Origin: Candidatus Latescibacterota bacterium
Lineage (GTDB): Bacteria; Latescibacterota; UBA2968; UBA8231
Length of the DNA stretch: 64,000 nucleotides
Direction: 5' to 3'
Assembly: GCA_965248265.1 (NCBI GenBank)
Contig: CBDFJF010000002.1
Span: 960,001 to 1,024,000 of the forward strand
The notes under the pieces are model-generated. The model worked only from the letters and a program-made list of their open reading frames with translations, was not told the DNA's origin and did no database searches. Each line of letters starts with the position of its first letter. Position 1 is the first letter of the stretch. A program made the position numbers and the translations under genes. Of this stretch, positions 58,623-64,000 are shown piece after piece.

Positions 58623-59627
58623 TCAGGGGACGGTGAGATTCTCGTCCCAAATGCGACGCCAGACCCAGCCGACCGTCATCAGGTCGGGTCCTGAATCCAG
58701 GCGCTGGTTGCCGACGGCGACGGTGCGGTCGCCACGCCTCTCGCCGACGAGGAAGCTGAATACGTAGGCCGGCTCGAAGCCCATGCGTAGATCGACGACG
58801 TGAATCTGCGCTCCGACCTGCCTGACCGCGTAGAACCCCTTCGTGAACCACTGGAGCCGCCGAATGGCATCGTCATCCTTGATGTCATCCACAAGCTCGT
58901 AGTTGCCGGCATAGCGCCCGAAGGTGATATCATCAGAGTCGTCAAACAGCGAGTAGTACCCCTCATAGTAACCGTCGTCGTCTACGACGACGACGACCCG
59001 CCACAGCAAGGCGTTGAACGGGCTGGCGATGGACAGGTAGTTTCGGTGCTCGATGGATTGAGCTGCAAGGGTACGCTCGGTCATCTGGTCCACGTACACC
59101 TTGGCCACGACAGTAAACAGCAGGTAGGCCGTACTGACCACCAATCCGAGGGTGTTGAGCCTGAACCCCCTGTTCCGCTTCCAGATCAGGGCGCCGGCGA
59201 TGCCGACGAGTAGTGGCGCAGTGTAGGCGGGGTCGATGATGAAGATGGTCGACCAGGTCGTCGGAGGCACCTTCAGGGGCCACCACAGCTGGGTGCCGTA
59301 CACGGTAAGGGCATCCAGCAGGGAGTGCGTGATCAAGCACAAATAGGTGAGTGCCAGCCGACCTCGCAAGAAGGGACGCGATGAGCCCTGGACGCGTCCT
59401 ATAACCCAGGCCAGGACAGGGGCCGCGAAGGCCTGTACGACGAGAGAGTGGCTGAAGCTGCGGTGTCCGGTAAAGTTTGCGACATCATCGCCCAGCGAAA
59501 CGAAGACATCGAGGTCCGGAAGAGTAGCGACAAGGGCCCCCCAGGCGAGCGCTTTGCCCCCCATCTGGCGGCCGAGCACGGTGTGGCCGACCGCGGCTCC
59601 GAGGGCTGCTTGCGTTACCGAGTCCAC
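58623..59627 (-). CDS. Membrane-bound metal-dependent hydrolase (YdjM/DUF457 family)
   Basis: MDSVTQAALG, PDLD, HRSFSHS, HSLLDALTVYGT, IFIIDP. Confidence 0.92.
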   Translation of the reverse strand: MDSVTQAALGAAVGHTVLGRQMGGKALAWGALVATLPDLDVFVSLGDDVANFTGHRSFSHSLVVQAFAAPVLAWVIGRVQGSSRPFLRGRLALTYLCLITHSLLDALTVYGTQLWWPLKVPPTTWSTIFIIDPAYTAPLLVGIAGALIWKRNRGFRLNTLGLVVSTAYLLFTVVAKVYVDQMTERTLAAQSIEHRNYLSIASPFNALLWRVVVVVDDDGYYEGYYSLFDDSDDITFGRYAGNYELVDDIKDDDAIRRLQWFTKGFYAVRQVGAQIHVVDLRMGFEPAYVFSFLVGERRGDRTVAVGNQRLDSGPDLMTVGWVWRRIWDENLTVP

Positions 59628-59655
59628 GATCGATCCACCGCACTATCGCTGACGA

Positions 59656-60387
59656 CTAAAGAAAACACAGTGCCCCCGCGACGATGAGCAACGCGCACAC
59701 GACACTCCGGAAGACTCGTTCGTCGAGGCGCGGGTGGATGAAGTGGCCGCCGACGGCGGCTGCCACAACCGCCGGCGCCAACCAGAGTGAGAATTCCAAT
59801 TCTGTTATCGTGTACAATCCGGCCCTGACAAACAGTGCCAGGCGCCAGGTGTACTCGATTGCGAAGAGGGTGATGAGGGTGGCTCGGAACACCTGCTTGT
59901 CCGATGTCTGGTACGCCAGGTAGGCCACATAGGCCGGGCCCGATGTGCCGAACACGCCACCCAGAACGCCGCCGATAACACCGGCAACGAGGCCCCACGC
60001 GCGAGAGATCGGCGGCGCTTCGCCGGACCGGTTTCTGTGCAGCAAATGGAGGCCGGCCAGAATGACGAAAACCCCGAGCGCGCTCTTCAGCGATCCATCC
60101 GTCACTGATTGCAATAACCTGACGCCAATGATGCTGCCTGCCAGAGCGCCAATCAGAAGGACAGCCAGATTTCGGCAGTCGACCAGTCGCCAAACACGGG
60201 GAACGAGGATCAGGCTGAGGACAACTTCGAGGGAGCATTCAACCGGGACGACGAACTGCATGTCGAAAAACAGCGCCAACAGGGGGACACACAGAAGCGC
60301 GCCGCCGAATCCGGTGAGGGCACGAGTAAAAAAGGCGAAAAGGACGATCAGGTTGGCGGCGAGTAGAACCGTGGTCGATGCTTCCAA
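59656..60387 (-). CDS. TauE/SafE (sulfite exporter) family protein
   Basis: TGFGGAL, GVLGGVFGTSGP, FRATL; about 8 TM helices. Confidence 0.88.
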   Translation of the reverse strand: MEASTTVLLAANLIVLFAFFTRALTGFGGALLCVPLLALFFDMQFVVPVECSLEVVLSLILVPRVWRLVDCRNLAVLLIGALAGSIIGVRLLQSVTDGSLKSALGVFVILAGLHLLHRNRSGEAPPISRAWGLVAGVIGGVLGGVFGTSGPAYVAYLAYQTSDKQVFRATLITLFAIEYTWRLALFVRAGLYTITELEFSLWLAPAVVAAAVGGHFIHPRLDERVFRSVVCALLIVAGALCFL

Positions 60388-60539
60388 GTTGCCTGTCGTG
60401 TGGGTAGGGGTGAGTGAGATCGGCCGTCATGCTCAGACGGTAGACGTGACGCTACAAGCTTCGATCGCCAGCGACTGCAAGATCAAGTTACTCTACTAGA
60501 GCGGGTCGTAGGCCTCTAGGACGATGACGACGATTTTTC

Positions 60540-61274
60540 CTACAGCGAAACAATGGCGTGGATCATCGTGTAACCGGATGCCCGGCGCGGAACGACCATG
60601 AGCCGTCGGCCACTCTTGTTTCGGCCAACCGTCGACCTGGTCACTGCCAACCCCGCCACGGTACCGAGGATGGCCCCACCGACGACGTCCGAGAAGTAGT
60701 GTTTCTCGCGCTCGATGCGAGCCGGTGGCACGAAGGCAGCAAGTGTGTATAGTGGCAATCCCAGGCGCCACCCATAGCGACGTGTCAGGACTGTAGTGAG
60801 TGCGAAGGCGTTGGCGGTATGTCCCGAAGGGAATGAGAGCTTGTTGCTGGCATCGGGGCGTTCCCGGCCAACACCGACTTTCAGTGGCGTCACGAGAACG
60901 TTGGCCAGCAGGATTGCCCGCAGTGTTTCGGAGGCTACGGGCCGCAGCGGACGAAGGTCGGCAGCACTGGCCACAGCCCACAAACCACCCGTTGCCAACA
61001 GACCATAGGTGGTCGAGCCGTAGATGTTGCCGACGTCCATCAGGCGCTGGATCGGCGCGGCGTCGCTGAGGTCTCCTCGAAACTCGTCGTCCCACCGGTG
61101 CCCGAGTAGGGCGCTGCCTATGCCGAGGACGACGAGTCCCACACCGCGAGGTTGGACCAGGTTGCGCAGGTCCTGGCGCAGGACATCCAGCTCGGAGGCC
61201 GCGCTGCCGGGCAGGAAGGGATTCATCCAACTCAGGCAGAGAGCACAACACAGGAATGGAATCCGAATTGCCAT
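60540..61274 (-). CDS. PAP2 family phosphatase
   Basis: KVGVGRERP, SFPSGH, RIEREKHYFSDV. Confidence 0.88.
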   Translation of the reverse strand: MAIRIPFLCCALCLSWMNPFLPGSAASELDVLRQDLRNLVQPRGVGLVVLGIGSALLGHRWDDEFRGDLSDAAPIQRLMDVGNIYGSTTYGLLATGGLWAVASAADLRPLRPVASETLRAILLANVLVTPLKVGVGRERPDASNKLSFPSGHTANAFALTTVLTRRYGWRLGLPLYTLAAFVPPARIEREKHYFSDVVGGAILGTVAGLAVTRSTVGRNKSGRRLMVVPRRASGYTMIHAIVSL

Positions 61275-61296
61275 TATACATCGATTGAGAGGATTC

Positions 61297-62037
61297 TCAT
61301 CGGTCCGCCTCGAGCATTTGTCTGAGTTGGTTCGCCACCCAGTCGATGGCTACGTCCGCCATCACGCGTCCCTTCTTCGCGGTGGCGTGGTCACGGGCGG
61401 CTTTGTGGTAGACCGGATCCGCGTCTCGGTATGATTCGCTCTTTATGTCGAACTGCTCAGCGTCGTAATCGACCCCCTCCCAATGGACGTTTTCGGGAAA
61501 CAATGCTTGCGCGAAGGAGGTCTCGAACTCGGCTGCATGGGCGGGGCAGTCATTGGATTCCATCTGCTCCTTCACCAACGCCGCGCTGTAGGCTTCCCAG
61601 TAACTGTGGAAGCGGACATCGATGTTCATTGTCTTGCCGAACTCGTCCATGTGTTCGCGCAGTGGGCTGTTGCCGGCGTGTCCATTGCAGATGAAGATGC
61701 AGTCGATGCCATGGCGCCGCAGGCTGTCACAGATTTCGCCAGCGACGGCGGCAAAGGTCTCCGGTTTCAACGTCAATGTCCCCGGCCACTCCATCCAGTG
61801 TTCGGAGATGCCGACGGGGATGGGGGTGGCTACGACCACCTGAGGATAGAGTGCCAGTGCCGCTTGCCACGCTACGTGTAAGGCGCTGACAGTATCGTGC
61901 TCGATCGCCAGGTGCTCATTGTGCTGCTCCGTACTTCCGGTTGGCAGGATGGCCGCTTTGAAGTGGCCCTGTCGCAGATGCTCGCGAATCTGCTTCCTTG
62001 TCAACTTCCACAACCTGACTTCACCGGTAATCATCAT
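61297..62037 (-). CDS. Creatininase family amidohydrolase
   Basis: GSTEQHNEHL, GISEHW, PGTLT, NGHAGN, HAAEFETS; start ATG 62037 after AGGAG. Confidence 0.9.
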   Translation of the reverse strand: MMITGEVRLWKLTRKQIREHLRQGHFKAAILPTGSTEQHNEHLAIEHDTVSALHVAWQAALALYPQVVVATPIPVGISEHWMEWPGTLTLKPETFAAVAGEICDSLRRHGIDCIFICNGHAGNSPLREHMDEFGKTMNIDVRFHSYWEAYSAALVKEQMESNDCPAHAAEFETSFAQALFPENVHWEGVDYDAEQFDIKSESYRDADPVYHKAARDHATAKKGRVMADVAIDWVANQLRQMLEADR

Positions 62038-62224
62038 GCTCTCCTGGAGCCGCGTTTGGTCCACTTTCGGGCAGTATAAGGTCATCACCGAATTGCGGCG
62101 ATTCCAAGGCTGCCACAGGGTCTCAACAGCATGGCTTCTCCTCGTCGGTGGCTGAAACTATGTTTGACTCCCTGTTGTCGGTGGCGCTTCGACCGCAAGC
62201 GTATTCTCTAACAACGAGCTGATC

Positions 62225-62536
62225 ATGAATTCATTCTCGCACATAGACGTGGATGTCGCCAGGGAAAAACTGGATGCCGACGAGGCCATCTTCGTCGACA
62301 TCAGGGACGGCGACTCGCGCCGGGACGGACACATCGCCGGCTCGGTGCATCTGACGGACGAGACCGTCGAAGGGTTTTTGAGTGCCACTGATACGGAGCG
62401 GCCCGTCATCGTCTACTGTTACCATGGCAACAGCAGCCAGATGGCTGCGCAGTTCCTGGTAGAGCGCGGCTTTTCGGAGGTGTACAGCATGGACGGCGGT
62501 TATGAGGCATGGGCGAGCAGGCATCCCGAGCTGTAA
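62225..62536 (+). CDS. glpE: Single-domain rhodanese (thiosulfate sulfurtransferase)
   Basis: VDIRD, GHIAG, YCYHGNSS active loop, SMDGGYEAW. Confidence 0.88.
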   Translation: MNSFSHIDVDVAREKLDADEAIFVDIRDGDSRRDGHIAGSVHLTDETVEGFLSATDTERPVIVYCYHGNSSQMAAQFLVERGFSEVYSMDGGYEAWASRHPEL

Positions 62537-64000
62537 TGAGCTCCTCGCCTCCAATGGATTCGAGCCGAGGATTGCGCATCGCCCGTCGGTACCGGGCCAC
62601 TGATGCCGTAGTGCCGTGGCTCACCGCGGCTCTGGTCTTGCTCGGAGCCCCATTGGGTGCACAGCACGCCGGCACTGGAGTCAGCATCCAGATTCTGGAA
62701 CAGCACCCTGACCGTCTGCGGTTGGTCTACTCCGTCGGATCTTCCGTAAACGACGCGATGCAGGAAGGTGGCCCGATTTCGGCCGGGTTGTTGGGGTCCC
62801 TGTGTGAGACCAGTGTGGTCGGGATCCCACTTGCTGGAGAGGTTGAGCTGGAGATCGTCGAGGTGAGTCCGGCCGGCACCTTCGGCATGCCTGTGTTACC
62901 TGACGGGGAATGGGATCTGCGACTGGATGGGCCGGTCTCCCTGGGCGAACCGGGCTTCGTGCGCAACCAACGCGTTGTCCAGGTGAATTTTACCCCCCGT
63001 GCCGCGGATGGTGGTAGTCAGGTGCAACTGTTCACGAGAGTGGTTGCAGACCTGCGTTTCGCCGTCGGGTCTCATCGTGCGGGCTATCGCCATCCGGTAT
63101 CCAGCTGGGAGGAGCAATTCTACAAACATGCACTCATCAACTACGAGCAGGCCATCGCCTGGCGGCAGACACCGGCAGTGGCCAAGCCAGTTGCCGAGGA
63201 AGGCACAGCCCCGGATCGAGTCAGAATCACCGTGCGGCAACAGGGGATTCACCGACTCACGGGAGAGGATCTGGCCGACGCTGGGGTCTCGCTGAGCGAG
63301 ATCGACCCTGACGCAATCCGCATGTGGTACGGAGGCGGAGTCACCCTCGGGTTATCCAGACAGCCCCATTTTGGCGCCCGCCTGCGCGAGATCCCGATCG
63401 CCGTGGACGATGACGACGGCCGTTTCGACAGCGCTGACGCCGTCATGTTTTACGGCGAGCCGACCGAACGCTGGGTGTTCTCCAGCAGCAACGGCGGTGA
63501 GTACTCCTGGCGGCAAAACCCCTACACTCGGGACAACGTGTACTTCCTGGAGTGGGCGGTTGAGGGCAGTGGCTTTCGCGCCGGAACCGTTTCCGGGGCT
63601 CTGTCGGAGCCGGATGTGATTCAGTCGGACCGCTACCGCGAGCGTGTCCATGAGGAGGATGACGGGGATACGATCATCGAACTGTTGGGTATCAAGTCCG
63701 GCTATGACTGGTATTGGGAAACATTTCGGGGCAACGTCAAGGAGTTCTCCTCGTCCCTTTGGGACGTGGTGCCGGAGCAACCGGTCGATGTCAACGTCAG
63801 CTTCTGGGGCTTCAGTGAGGGCAGGCACCAGTTCGAGATTAAGTGGAACGACAGGTCGATCGGCGTTCACAGCTTTTCGGGATCGGGTGTCGGGACCCTG
63901 ACTGCCATCGCCACACGGGGCACGCTGGAGGGGGCGAACCAGCTCAGCCTGTCTCACCGGGACAACACGGCGACCCGGCTGGATTGGTACGAACTGGAAT
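62536..64000 (+). CDS. C25 (gingipain/PorU-like) peptidase, N-terminal part (runs off the window)
   Basis: Open frame from ATG 62536, absent from the ORF track because it has no stop: LINYEQAIAWR, RITVRQQGIHRLTGEDL, IDP.AIRMWYGGG, DGRFDSADAVMFYG, NPYTRDNVYFL. Confidence 0.75.
   Translation, partial: MSSSPPMDSSRGLRIARRYRATDAVVPWLTAALVLLGAPLGAQHAGTGVSIQILEQHPDRLRLVYSVGSSVNDAMQEGGPISAGLLGSLCETSVVGIPLAGEVELEIVEVSPAGTFGMPVLPDGEWDLRLDGPVSLGEPGFVRNQRVVQVNFTPRAADGGSQVQLFTRVVADLRFAVGSHRAGYRHPVSSWEEQFYKHALINYEQAIAWRQTPAVAKPVAEEGTAPDRVRITVRQQGIHRLTGEDLADAGVSLSEIDPDAIRMWYGGGVTLGLSRQPHFGARLREIPIAVDDDDGRFDSADAVMFYGEPTERWVFSSSNGGEYSWRQNPYTRDNVYFLEWAVEGSGFRAGTVSGALSEPDVIQSDRYRERVHEEDDGDTIIELLGIKSGYDWYWETFRGNVKEFSSSLWDVVPEQPVDVNVSFWGFSEGRHQFEIKWNDRSIGVHSFSGSGVGTLTAIATRGTLEGANQLSLSHRDNTATRLDWYELE

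Overview
GC-rich bacterial chromosomal window with about 60 genes. The gene mix (PorU/C25-like protein, HDOD, GlmL-DUF6754 cluster) suggests an FCB-group organism such as Ca. Latescibacterota; this is inference. No rRNA, tRNA, CRISPR array or intact transposase is visible. (1) A selenium locus: senB-senA (selenoneine), a divergent selD that needs UGA=Sec readthrough (CGUAAK, hairpin 11 nt after UGA), a putative selenate ABC transporter and a porin. (2) An unannotated candidate membrane selenoprotein at 39082-39501(-), split by the ORF track at an in-frame UGA that is followed by a SECIS-like hairpin with the same geometry as the selD one. (3) A tightly coupled uncharacterised operon at 40404-48228(-): Crp regulator, GlmL/MutL-like ASKHA ATPase without a B12 mutase, a barrel-sandwich protein, DUF6754 and several membrane proteins, possibly an undescribed membrane complex. 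(4) A split-FeoB operon with two DtxR-family regulators and a 22-bp palindromic operator. (5) Two ~170-bp ERIC-like fold-back elements sharing a core but not terminal sequence. (6) An orphan DNA methyltransferase fused to an SNase-like domain, an orphan phage terminase small subunit, a truncated sulfatase remnant and 13-bp AAACACCA tandem repeats next to two uptake operons. Product calls come from motif recognition only; no database searches were run.
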